A DNA stretch of 64,000 nt from Camelus ferus (Eukaryota): assembly GCF_009834535.1 (NCBI RefSeq), contig NC_045696.1, forward strand, positions 116,438,001 to 116,502,000, given 5' to 3'. The position numbers and the translations under genes were made by a program. Positions 26,748 to 40,800 of the stretch are shown piece after piece. The stretch's first letter is position 1. Each line of letters begins with the position of its first letter. The notes below the pieces were generated by a model. It was not told the DNA's origin and searched no databases. It was given only the letters and a program-made list of their open reading frames with translations.

Positions 26748-28823
26748 AAAAAATTCACTGGCATGCAAAAGACTTTACTCTGAGTTGGCTGGGGAATGCT
26801 GCGAGGTGTGTACTGATGTTACAGTTATTGATATTCTGACATACATGGCTGTTCACAAATACTTCCTGATTCTCCCAGAAACATAATCCAAGCCCTTTTA
26901 GGCTGAAAAGTGTAGCCTCCATGATTTGGGATCCTTACACTTACATTTGTTCAAATTACAGCCTTTAAACTGCCATTGATTTATTCTGACTTTACCCATA
27001 TTGTTCATTTTCCCCTTTCTGAACTAAGGGGAAGTAAACGAAGAAGTAAGAGATGAATTACTTATTTCATCTTTTGTTTCTCCACAGAGTGTCACTCTTC
27101 TCCAGAAATTTATTCAGCTCCATATTCTACAGTACAAGAAATAGTTTTAAAAGCAAATGGAGTTTAAGAATTTAATGTTCATTGTTTTTAGTCTGAGCAA
27201 AACAATAGAGAATTTATTAATTTTAATGTTATTAAATAGTGGTGGTATAATTCCACAGTTCTCAAAAGAAATTACACTCATTTAATCACAGTGATAGAAG
27301 TAATGAAATTATATTACAGAAAATTGGCAAAATAAAATCACCCATAATCCTGTCACCTTCATTCAACCATTATTATCTTTTTAATCTATTTCTTTCTAGT
27401 GTGGCTTCCTGTGTAGATTTCTGCATAGCTTTAATCAGAGTGCAACCTCATTTTATATCCTGCTTTTCCACTTGACATAAAATAATTTTATATTGCTGTG
27501 TTATTCTTAATAACCAACATTTAAAATGCAAAAAGTGTATTCCTGTTAATGTGATGTAATTTAATCATCCTCCGTGATTGAACATTTAGATTCTTTGCTT
27601 TTTTTTCCATTATAGTCAATGAGGCTACAAGCATTTTTATGAATATAACTTCTCCACACTTTTAATTATGTGGATTATCTCCTTATGATTGGTTTCCAGA
27701 TGTACATAAGAGAGGATGAAGATTTTTATCCTCACTGAATCATATTACCAAATTATTTCCAAAGGGATTATAGCAATTGCACTAGCAATCTACAAGTGTT
27801 TTACCAAACTTTTTGCCAATCTTAGTCTCTCTCCCTCTCTTTACTTACATACTATGTTAAAAGTGGCACTTTATTTTACATTTAAAAGTGTTCTTTTATT
27901 TCAAGTTTCTCTTATTACTGAGAAGTATTATAATTTCTCCATATATTTGTTTACTAGATGTGAGTTATTTGTTCATATCCTTTGGTTATTTATTTGATGC
28001 TTACTTTTCTTCTAGCAATTTTAGGAGTTACACTTAGAAGAATGATATTAACACTTCGGTTTTATTTCCCCAAAAATATTTTTGTCTGCTTGTCTTATTC
28101 TTTAATCATAATTTTACACTCTATTATAAACTTATCTTAACACTAAACACATAAAGCTTTCTTTTTAGCATATAGCTTCTTTTGAAACTGGAATTACTAT
28201 TACTATTTTTTGGGGGGATAATTATGTTCATTTATTTATTCTTGTTACTATTATTTTTTAAAGGGGATACTGGGGATTGAACCCAGGACCTTGTGCACAC
28301 TGAGCACTGCACTCTACCCCTGAGCTACACCCTCCCCCCAAAACTGGAATTATTTTTTGATGGCCCAAATGATACAGTGGTAGTCCTCACATATGTGTAT
28401 TAGGTAGCCAAGAATACTTTAGGTAATACAGATACCTGACAATTTTCTCATCTTACAGGAAAAGAGGAGCTAAGATCATATCCAAGAAAGTTGATGATTT
28501 CAAAGAAAAGTTTCAACATAAGCTTGGAAGAGTTTTAGATCCGTAAGTCGACAATTAACTTAGAATTGATACTTTTTTTGGCTCAAATTTAAAAAGTACT
28601 CTTGTGGAATTTTGGTTTGTGTTCTATTAGATTCTACCTTCTCAATAAGAATCATCCTTTTGTGTCACTCAGGGAACTCGATTAACTTCTACAGAGCTTG
28701 GGGTTCCAGGAAAGTGCTGAGTCCTCTCAGATGGAGAGGGCATTTGGAGAAGAGGGAGGAAGAATTTTGTGGAAAGCTTTATTTCTGGGCTATCAGAAAT
28801 TTAACCTATTGTGCTACATTCCT

Positions 28824-28887
<64 letters not shown>

Positions 28888-31800
28888 CACTCGCATAATT
28901 CTGCTTTGAGTATGTTCTGTTTTTTCGTTTTCAGTCTGGGCTACTGAAAGCCAGTAAAACCATTCAGCTATTGCTAATACAAATGGAAGATTAGACAAAA
29001 GCTCTGTTGGAGAACTTCTGTTTGATCTTCATAGTTTGGTTATAGGAGAAAACTTAGCCTATTAAAAACATGTGGCAAACATATTTTAAATTCCAGGGAT
29101 GCCATGTGGTGGGTATTTTCACTAAGGGATTTGTTTTCTTTGATAGCATTGCAGAAACAATGAACGTTCCCCCAGACCACACATTTGGGGCTTGTCTCCA
29201 TCCGGACGAGTATGGTAAGTGTACAAACTTCCTTCTTAAAAAACAAATGACGACAGCAAAATCCCCCCAGAGTTCACCATCTCCTCCTCTCAAAGTTTCC
29301 AGTTTTAAAGGCTTAAAATATTACGTTAATTGTAATGAGAACAATTTGTAGCACAAGAAGGAAACAAAATGTTCACATTACATTTGAGATAGGTACAGTT
29401 TAAAGCCCTTGTAATGAATTCCTTATGCGTAGTTAAGGCTCAGAATTTATTTAGAAAATAAATATAGTGGGTATTAAACAAGCCAAAGTGAAGTGAGGCA
29501 GCTTTTTAATGAATTCAAATATCGTACCAGGCCCTTGTGACTCAAAATGTGGTTGCAGACTGGCCATGTTGGCATCTCCTGCAAGTTCTTGGAAGTGCAG
29601 AATCTCAGGCTCCACCCCAGATCTACTGAATCTGAAACTGCGTTTTAACAACATTCCCGGATGAACTGGACGGATGTTCAAAGTCGAGAAAGCACTGTAC
29701 TCTATGATCACGTAATTATAAATCACTCTTCCCACCCATCATTCCATCAATTAATCAATCTACAAATCGGCAAAAGAAACTTCCCAGGATTTTGTCTTTA
29801 GTGCTAAGCTACACAGCAGCCCTTCAAAGGGAAAACTATGCCAAAGCTTATCAGGATTGGATTGCATATTAGTGGTTGTCAAAATACTGTCTGCAGTCTA
29901 CCTGTGTTAAAATCATCCAGGGAATTTATTAAATACGCAGGTTCCTGGGACTCGTGTCCAGATATTCTGATTCAGTAGGCTCTCATGTACACTAGTTTAA
30001 GGACCACTATTGAAAATGTGTCAGCTAAAGTCCACTCCCTGACAAATTAAAGGTTTATCGAGCTTATGCTACTCAGTGTTTTAGAGCACCGTGAATCACC
30101 ACATTAGGAGATCGTATTTTGGTTCTGTTTTTAGACAAACTGTTGTATGTTTAATGGATGCCCGCCCATCTGAGAGGCTCTTCATACACCTAGGGGTAGG
30201 TAAAGGATGATTTAGGAAACCCATCAGTTAGCCTGAAAAACAAGTAGGTAGTCACGGTCAGCTGCCTAGTTGAGGGCAGGTTTAGGCTGGTGGGGGACCC
30301 ATCTTGCTGTCTGTTGGATTCCTGGGGTCTAGCACACAGGACATTGTTTTCACTGGTATTTATAGCATGAATTGCTGAATCCAACACATAGTTTATCATG
30401 TTGACAATTAGACAACATTGACAAATTTCCTAAGAGTTGAGCTATTTTATCTTTATAAATTGAATGATAAGATAGTGTTATAAAATGAAAAGGAAGGACA
30501 CTGACATTAATAGTTTAAAAAATATGATCAGTATCAGCCTTGGTACTGTACAGTGTAACTGTGAAAGGGGCCTGGAAGTCCTCTCTAGGTCTTTTCTGGA
30601 GCCCATGGATGGACACAGATGAACTCTAGTTGCCTTCTGTGATAACTATTGGGGTTAACTAACAGCATATATTCCGTGGAAAGATTCAGGGTTGGCCTGC
30701 TTCACAAGACATATTGGTTTCTTTACTGGACCTAGATTACTCCATTACCCTTACTTAGGGAAATAAGGCAGCTGCACAAAGAACACCTCATCCCGGGGCC
30801 CTGGGGTTGTTGGTTATGTTGAGATTCCTCTAGGAAGAGTGTAAGGGCTGTGCCAGCTCCCAGAATGCACCAGGGCAGAGGCGGCCTGACAGGGAATCCA
30901 GGACAGGTGGGCAGTGGTGCATCATGGGAACTGGCTGCAGGTAGAGTGGCTTTTCTGATGTCCCTGCTGTGGTAGTGAAGTCATGGGTCTGTCTCTTAGG
31001 GCCAGAGCTTGTACTCCTGATTTTACTCTGTAGAGCTGGCTTTTGAGTAACTGTCAGTGATTTGACATGAGCTTCACAAATATTCTTTTCAGGGGTGAGG
31101 CCAGAAGAATGTGTCAGCGTATGTCTGTCTCACCCACTGGGCAGTTATATGTGTGGTGGGAAAACCAGCGGGGAGTTGGAGATATAACCATTCAAATGGT
31201 TATTTTTGTATGTTAATGGAGAGGGAAGATCTCTCAAGATAAAAAACTCAACCAAGAGCCATTCTGTGGTGGAGGCAGGGCCTCCCTTATACAGAGCAGC
31301 CCCTAAAGGGTTTATGCAGGGAAGGGACGTGGAGGAGAAAAGGAAATCACACTTAGGTTTCAAAAATCACCCCTACTGGACCAAAATTTTATATAGATAG
31401 TATTTTTCTAATGGAAATAAAATAGCACGCAGATTAAAAAAAAAACAAAAACTCACCCCTCACCGTTTTGACCTCCTCTCGCAGAACCCGCTTTAGGATG
31501 GTCTGATGGTAGATGACCTCATCTCACATGATCTTGTTCTGAGGCACTTTCCCCGTTCCTGGAAGCACCACTGGCTGTGGACTTTTCACCCAGCCTCAGG
31601 GTCTACCCTTAGAAAGGAGACTTTTATCAGGATGAGCAGGATTAGCTCCTGATTTTATAATAAACTTAGAGGTGCTACGAGGACTTATTAAAGAGACCCT
31701 TCATAGAAAACAAACCTATGGTTGCCAGGGGGGAAGAGGAGTGGGCGGAGGGATAAATTGGGAGTTGGGGATTTGCAGATACACACTAGTATATATAAAA

Positions 31801-34800
31801 CAGATAACCAACAAGGTCCTACTGTAGAGCACAGGGAACTATATTCAATATCTTGTAATAGCCTATAATGAAAAAAATATGAAAAGGAATATATATACAT
31901 ATATATAAAATATATAACTGAATCACCGTGCTGTACACCAGAAATTAACACAACATTGTAAACCAACTATACACCAATTAAAAAAAAAACAAAGAGAGAA
32001 CCTTGACAGAGCCTAATGTAGGACCTTGTACAGAGTAGGTGTAAATATTAGTTATCTTGAATTACAACCAACGTTGCAATGTAAATTAATCTATCTGAAA
32101 CATCACAGCCAACTGCCAGCATGACCCTGCTCCAGGAAAGCAGGAAGGGAGGGGTATAGCCCAGGGCAAAAAGAACAGAGGCAGAAGGTTTCTTCTGGTG
32201 ACATCTACCAGGCTACCACATCTGAAGCAACCTAGTCAACTCTGGTCTGTCACCATTAACATCCCAGGAATGGGGTTTATAAGCAGTGTGTATGTGTGTG
32301 TGTGTGTGTGTGTGGTGTGTGTGTGTGTGTGTATGTGTACGTGTACGTACTTTCTGTGTGTCCTAATTTAGGGAAGTTCCTTTAAGTCATGAAAGAAAAG
32401 TGAAAGCGAGGGCCAGGCCTGGGGGCTGTAGCACGGGGACTGGAGAGGTCGTTGTAGGGGGTTGCGTGTCAGGACTCAGCTGATGTAGTGGATGGAGGCA
32501 GGTCTCCTGGGCTGGTGATGGGACAGGGGAAGGAGGAGGAGAAATGGGGACTGGAATATGCAGACTGCAAGCAGACTAGAAATGTTAGCGAGGGACAGGG
32601 AATTTGTGTCCAGTTTTTTACAAGGTTCCCCAAAGGTTTAGTCAACCCTGAGGCACACAGAGTGGCTCTCACATGGAATCAGCCCCAGTTTTCAGACCCT
32701 CAGCCTTGTAGACAAATTTCAGCTAAAAGGCAGACAGGCAAGGGCTTCGCTGTCTCAGGAAAGGACTTGACAGCTGAGCAGGCTGATGATTCCCCCATAA
32801 AATTCATTTTTTCATTGAGCACAGAGGTAACATAAAGCAGAAAAATTCATGTTTATCAATCAATTTGTATATATATATTTGTATACAAAAGGATTTTCTG
32901 TCATGCCATGTATAGTATTGGAGTTAGGATTTTTTTTTCATTCACAGAAGTTGCTAGATCTCTCTCTCTCTCTCTCAGGATGGGAATAGTGACAGACTTT
33001 AAATTCAGATAAAAGACTGTTCCTCACCCCCCCTCAATAGGAGCCGGTGATCTCATCCACAGAAGACTTCCCGGTGAGTATCTCCGAGGCAAGGACAGAC
33101 AGCGAGCCCTGGTCGCGGCAGTGAGACATCACTTGAAGAAGGTTAACTACCAAAACTTTGACACTTTGCTGGCAGCCTTCAGGCACTACGACAAGGTGAG
33201 TAGCAAAGCGGAGGTGTTTGGTCTGTGCGTGGGCTTACAGGCTGGTGTGGATCAGGAGTCAGCCGATTACGGGACAAATCCAGTCCACCACCTGTTTTTG
33301 TCAAGAGTTGCACATGCCCATTTGTTCTAAGTATTGCCTGTAGCATGTGTCCTATCCACACGCAGAGCAGTGAGAATGAATGGCCTGTAGCACCTATGCT
33401 GCTTAGGTGTTGGCCCTTGATGGAAACATCTGCTGACCCCTGAGTAGATCAGTGTTGTCAAACTGGTTCTTTCACCACCATCAGTATCACCTGGGAACAT
33501 ACTAGAAATGCACCTTCTAAGGCCCACCCCAGACCTACTGAATTAGGGGCTCGGGTTGGGGGTCTCACAATTGTGGATTTTTTTTTTTTTAATTTATTTT
33601 TAAACAACAAGTTTCTACTGTACAGCACAGAGAACTATATTCAATATCTTGTACTAACCTATACTGAAAAAGAATATGAAAAGGAATATATGTATGTATA
33701 TGGATGACTGAAACATGATGCTGCACACCAGAAATTGACACAATATTGTAAACTGACTATACTTCAATAAAAAATTTAAAAGGAAAAAAAAAGAAACACA
33801 TTTTTAAAATTTTCATACAATTTTAAAGGTTATTTTTCATTTACAGTTATTCCAAAATATTGGCTATATTCCTCTCTGCTGTACGACACCTCCCTGAGCC
33901 TGTCTTACACCCAGTAGATTGTACCTCCCACTCCCTCACCGCTCTACTGCCCCTCCCCTCTCCCCACTAGTTTGTTCTTTGTATCTGTGAGTCTAGCAAT
34001 TGTGTTTTAACAAGCCCTTCAGTGATTCTGACGCACGTTCAAGTCTGAGAACCACTGCTGTAGACCAGTGACTGTCGTGTGCTGGGAGCCTGGGGGATGG
34101 ATGACCTACACCTAACTCTGAGTCTGTACACAGAGTGCCGTCAGTCTGATCTAAGTCAAGCCTACAATGCTCTCCCCGGGGGAGCAGGTGTATACTTCAG
34201 TTTTGAGAGAGCATGATCGTTCAGTTTTAAAGCCACTCTAAATTTTATTCTTTGAGCAAGTTAGATCAACCTTGGGCTGCATCATTTTAGGCCATCCAAG
34301 GGTTCCTTTTACCCAGCGGCACAGCCTTAGCTTACACCAACGAATGCTACAATACAAACTGCTGGTGAAACGCGGCATGTTTTTTATTAGTACACCCATG
34401 CAGCTTTTGTTTACTTTTGTCATCCTCTTTCTAAGGAAACCCAGTCCTTCTAAAGGAAATAACTGTGCTTCATCTAAGTATCTAGGTTGTCTTTACCTCA
34501 TGAAAAGCATGAATTTTGCACAGATTGTGCACATGTTTTGACTTGGCTGCCAGGAAGCTTAGAGCCAATTTGGAGAAACACATCTAGTTTGTGAACATGA
34601 TCTTATAGCATGTTTTGTGCGCTCTTTTTATTTCAGGTTTCATCTTATTTTATTCCAACTTTGTTTTCTCTTTACCCTGATTTCCTCACTTTTTTTTTTT
34701 GCGTCTACTTGTACTTATTTTTCTAAGTGGCCTTAAAACCACTTTAGAATGAGTCTGATATAAACAAATAAAAGCTTGTAAATAAACTGGTGAGGATGTA

Positions 34801-37800
34801 GTCCATCATAATCTTGATATGAGAAGAAAAAAAAAAAGAGCAGGATAATTTTAGTTTATCTCCAAAGGAAAATATAATATTCTTAACCCATTCTAATGTT
34901 AAGTACAGTTTTAGAAAAGTTACACTTCACATTTTTTATCTTATAAAAAAAAATCTTGATCACTCATTGGCTAACTCATTTTAAGCCCATTCATTTTACT
35001 TGGTTTTAGATTAGGGCCTGTGTGCCTGTGTTGTAATGATGAACAAAAAGTGGGTTAAATATCCCATTTAAGTTGGGACTAATTATGTAGGGACAAACGC
35101 CAATCAGTCATCGATGACATTTCTCACAAAGCTGTGTTTAAAGAAAATGTAAGTATTTGACTGTTTCTCTGGTTTTTAATAGAGACTGATTGCTATTTAC
35201 AGGTAATTTTAAAGTTACTCTTCAGAATTGAAATACATAAGCTAAAACATACATTTTAAACTTTGCTCAGATCCAAGTAGCTACAAAGATGACATCAGGG
35301 AAACTGACACAGAGAACCCAGCACGATGCATGGAGCTCTGCTTTTTAAAAATTCTTCATTTTAAATGTAATTAAAGGCAAGACGATCATCTTAATAGCTG
35401 TTGATTATCTTAGTGAACCACCAGGCACGTTCCTTACGATAAAATTAAATTAAGCAGGGAGGAAATTACAGAGAATTATTTAATGCTGATAAATCTCTTA
35501 AACAGTTAACTTTTAATATGCACAATGTAGTGCTCAGTGTCTTTGAGGAGGTTTTTCTCTGAGAGGGTAATAAGACGTGGGCCTTCCTAGTACAGCTGTA
35601 GGAGGGTTTTTGATGATTTGAATCTTACATTGTTGAATGCCCAGATTTAATTTAATTGAAAAGCAAAACAAAGCAGAACAAATAAACTGTGGTTTCCTAA
35701 ATGAATCTTCTTGGCTTAGAGGATTAATTCTGTTATTTGCTGAACACTCATAATACATTGAACATTATTCCAGACAATGTGTCGGCTTTCCACGTAGGGG
35801 ACTTAAAATCTAGAGGGGAGGAAAAACAAAAAAGACTCATCATGTCCAAGAATGGTCACAGCAGAGTCTCAACTTTTTAAAATAGGTATATATAATTCCA
35901 GCTCCTTTTATTCTAATTATCCAGGAAGTAGCTGAGAGGCGATGGTTCCTTTTTGGGGACAGCTGCGATCAAAGACAGAACTGGCTGACAATGACACGTG
36001 AGCCAGGGGCTTGGTGAGGAAGGCAGGCAGTTTTTGAGAAGGCTCTTCCAAAGCTCAGTAATACCAGATGGCGCTGGACGGTTGGGAGCAGGAGAGCTGC
36101 ACTGAATACTCTGACTAACAGCTCACTGTAGGGGAACCTCTGTGCTACCGGGCGCTGTCAGACTGAAAACGGTCCGGAAAGCAAAACACATGACTCGGAT
36201 TCATTTCACAGGCCATATACTCTTGTGACTGATTGGACTGGAAGAGCAATTCCATCACCTGAAAGTGTGTCAACACTGGGATGCACCACCAGCAGTTCTG
36301 AGAGGGGACAAAGGTTCCACGGAGTCCGAGTGCCAGGAGCATGTGATGCCTTGTGTGTGAAGTGTCCTCCCTGACCATGAGGAAGATGAGTCAGCTTGTG
36401 GCAGGAGTCACAAGTTTGGCATGTGGTGGTAGCCCGTGCCTCAGAAAAGTGGACCACTTCACGCTGCGCCCGGTCAGACGGTGGGTGTATTGCCGTGTCC
36501 GGTGCCGCCGTGGATCCAGGCAGTGATGGTGGCCATCAGTGGTTCAGGCTCAGCCTGAAGCTTGACTCTCGTCATCAGCACCAGAGGGTGAGCCCTTATC
36601 CTGGGCATCTGTGAATCACCTGGATGGTTCAATTAGCAGCCATGATTTGTTTCCCTAGCTTTCAGTCTCAAAAAGAGGTGTCTTGAATATTCCAGTTTCT
36701 AGTTTTCCAAGTGGCAACCAAATGGGCAGGCCATTGGCCACAGTCCAAAAGTCAGTAAAAATGTAACAGATTCATCCAGGAAAGTATTGGCCAAAGCTGT
36801 GAGAATAACCTTGAGTTCTGCCCACGGAGTAGAGTGACTATGCCCATGTTTGGTCCTTCACAGCCCTCACTGAGGTTGGAAGCCACAGCAGATCAGTGAG
36901 CACCACTGGGTTTCAGGTCAATGAACCGGGCCCAGAGGCTCTGCGTGGTGAAATCTTTATTCGTAGAGACTTGTAGCTCAAAGAGGGGCCCCCAGGTTAC
37001 TAGCATTCTCCACGTGCGGCTTCTCTTAGGCATAAGTGTCTGAACACTCCCAATACAGGTACAGAGAGCATTAGTACCAATTAGACATCCAGCAGTGGAA
37101 GCCACAGAAGTAATACATTGTTAGCGTTCCTTCCCCACTTTGAACCGACCCTGCCCAGACCCCCGTAACTGAATCCTGGCATCTCTTCTCCCTACAGACT
37201 GAGCAGGATGATGACTTTGGTACCCATATCCAACAAAGCTGAAGCAGTTTGGGTCTCCACCCCCTGAAGCTCCACAGCATTCTTGGACAGATACTTGTGG
37301 CCTTTGATCCCCTTGGGGACAGGGAGACAGTGTCCCATATCAGTTATCATCCTCCTTAGAACAGCTGAGGGTGGGGCTGGGGGAGGGAAAAATCAAGGGT
37401 GCGGAGGCCGGGAGTGGTAAATGCTTCTCACTCATTAAAAAATAATTTTTAAAAATCCATCGCATTTCCTCCCCCACCTTTTAGTTTTTGAAAAGTGATA
37501 AATGAGCCAGTTACCAGAGAAGAAGTAGTTCTTACTTCAGAAAAATAAACACAAAACATAAGTTGCTGGTTCCTAAGAAGAAAAATACATCTTAATAATC
37601 GTGTGGTGAGAGCTGCTGACGCACACACTGCAGATCAAATGTTTGGAGTTAAGATGTTAGTGACATGTAACTTTACTGCCATTAAAAGATTTCAAAATGT
37701 GCACACGTAACGAAAAATGGGCAAAACAGTGATGGCTGGTATTTCCTTAAGTCATTAAGAAACATTTACTTTGGGTTTTGAGCAGTATGGGGGTGGCACT

Positions 37801-40800
37801 GCAGCTCACTGAAATAAGTCACTCATGCTTTCGATCCACACAAGGCCCATGGGCAGCAGAGTCATCACTGCCACCACGTATTTCAGTTTTGAGGACCCTT
37901 GATTCAGCAGCCACATCCCACACGGCTTCTGACTGAGGTGCAGGGAGGCTGCATTTTTGGTGGAGTTGGGCTTGCGAGCAGAGACGTTCATCAACGAGTC
38001 AGTCTACCTGAATCCAGGGCATGTGCAGCTCCCTGTCAAGATAACATATTTCAAATTCTCGTTCTGTTTCAACAGAAGGGTTAGGGACGTTCCCCAGGCC
38101 TATGGGTCTGACTGCAGGAACCTACCCAGAGCTCACCAGCTCAGTTTTTCACTCTCCAGGAGATGACCTTCAACAGCACTGTGAAGCCAGGCCTGGGCGC
38201 AGGAGCTGACTCCTAGATGATAAGTCTTTAATGCCTTCCCTTGGGAGTTTATCTGTCTCGGGGAAGTCTCTCTGGGAGGCCGAAGCTCTCTTCTAGCAGC
38301 AGGGACCCACTCAGACCTTTCACTGTCATCACCGATGGATTTCAGGCTGGCCTGACAGACTGCGGCAGGGCCGAGTGGTGAGACGTCCAGCTCCAGCCAT
38401 TCTTCCTTAACAAGCATCACGCCTTCCACCCCCTCAAAGCCCGAGTGAATCTGCCAGGTTCTGCCCAGAGCCTTCCTAAATTTCCCTCCTGTTGTCTGAA
38501 AGGGGTGGAAACTTCCCTTCCTTCTCTTACTACCAGGATGAATCTTAGTGAACGAATCCTCTTGCCTACAGGAGTGTTCACAGCCAGAGGCAGCTGTCCT
38601 TGAATTCACCTGTCTTTGGCCTGCAACCACTTGCCCAGTTTCTCCTCTTCACCAGGCAAGGGAGTAGGGGACATTTACTGCCCAGTTGGAACACCAGAAG
38701 TGTTAAAAACTTTGGAGAGAGCTGTCAAAAGTACACAATGTTGGTCAAATGAAATGTCAAGCGTGAATTATGGTGATGCCCGTTCTACTGCAGTGTAAAC
38801 ATGCATGATTTAAAGAAAAAAGCATTAAAGGGAGGGTATAGCTCACTGGTAGAGCATGTGCTTAGCATGCACGAGGTCCTGGGTTCAATCCCCAGTACCT
38901 CCATGAGAAACACTTTAAAATGAACAAAGATTATGAGCCACACTTCCCTCCAACCAGGGTTGAAATGGCTGTGCACATTTCAGATGGACACAATAAGGAC
39001 CAATATTTGACTCAAGCCTCAATATTTGATTTTATATATTATGTGAAAAATAAGATGGATACTTTGAATTTATGTGATAGAGCTCTTCCTTTTTTCTTAA
39101 AGGAAATAACAGATGTTGCACACTCTGCTCTTGAAGGCAGTGCTCACTTTTTTTTTTTTTTGCTTTGTGTCCAACAGAAAGGAGATGGGGCGATAGATAA
39201 AGCTGAGCTTCGGGAAGCTTGTGACCAGGCCTGCTTGCACTTGGATGAGAAGCTCCTGGACCAGCTATTTGAGTACTGTGATGTGGATAATGATGGGCTG
39301 ATTAATTACCTAGAATTTGCAAATTTTCTCACCTGGAAAGATAAAACCCGCCTTAAAGAGTATGAAGAGAGGGTCATTATTAAAGGTATTTAATTTTTTG
39401 AAGGTCTGCTAAATTCTTAAGTGGACTTTCATATTTTTTAGGAGTTCAACTCTTGTCAAATTTATTATTATATATTTTAAAATATGCACATATATATGCA
39501 TTTATTTTCTTTTATTACGCATAGACTATCATGCATAAGGAAAGAATTTTGTAACATTTATTCTTTCCAAGGAGGGGAAACTGGGTTGCTGAGGGACAAG
39601 GTGGCAGCAAGAATCACTTTTTAATCTGTTTTTGTAGCAGCAAGATTCAGTTTTTAATCTATGTTTTTGTATCTTTTGAGTGTGGAACTGTGTATTACTC
39701 ATTCAAAAGAAAAAAATTAAAAGCAAAACAATTTACCTGAAACCAAAAATATGAAAGAGTTCCTCAGAAAGCTGTTTGAAAGCCATTTTCTCAGAGAAAT
39801 TAGCTCCCCTCCCCCAGGAAAAGTCAATTTGTAAAATAGAATTTGACGTAAGAAAACTCGATCTTTTAAATTTTTCTAAGAAAAGGAAAAACATCACCTT
39901 TACCTTTATTCAAGTATTTTCATGTTATACATTATCTTCCTGAATCACTAACTATATACATAGATACACATATCTACCTACATGTGTGGGTATGGAAATA
40001 TTTTAAAATAGCTAAAATCATAGTGAATGTACCCTTTTTATTTGGCTTTTAAAAATTTAGCTCTCAAATTTCTATGGAACGAAGAGATACTTTCATGGCT
40101 TCTGTAAACTTCATTTTCATTTCCCTCATGCTGATGTATTATGAATTACTAAACTATTTCCTCACTCTTTAAAATTTAAGTTATTTCCAGGTATTTTAAA
40201 AGTCATACAGGTGACACTATAATCATTATCATCTCTCAGAAAGCTTTCTGTTTCTAATTATATCTCATCTCTTACGAATGTTATTGTCCCAGAAGTAACT
40301 CTCTCTCTCTCTGTTCCTTTTGCTTTTTTAAATGATTGTACCAATTGGCAATTTTAGCAGTCAAGGCTGTGAGAAGGTTTTTCTCCAATCTTGCCACCAC
40401 TGTTATTTCAAACATTCTTGTAATTTAGCTGTTATATAATGATACCTCGTTTGCTTTAATTTTCAAATCTTGATTATTAGAGAGGATTAACTTTTAAAAG
40501 GTTGTTTACATTTTTATTTGCTCTTGGAATAACTCTCTTCTGAAAAAGTGAAGATCCTGCTGTGTTCACTTTTATTCCTGCAAAGCTGGTATCACATTTT
40601 GGGCTTTCTGGATGATGCAGCCCTTACCAGGTTCTGGGACAGCCTTTCTTTTCTGTCCACTAGGAAAGCAGTAGGAGTTTCTCATCCCAATGAAGCTTTT
40701 TATAGAAAACAGCTCGATCCTCATCCTCTCAGAAAAAAGGAGAGGATGACAGAGGATTTTCCTTGTTGGCACAGCTCATGAGGTAGTGGGGAAAGCAGAA

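Noticed and set aside
38830..38903. tRNA-Ala-like sequence as a real tRNA gene
   Set aside because: One of seven diverged copies, several with A-rich tails and TSDs, so a SINE
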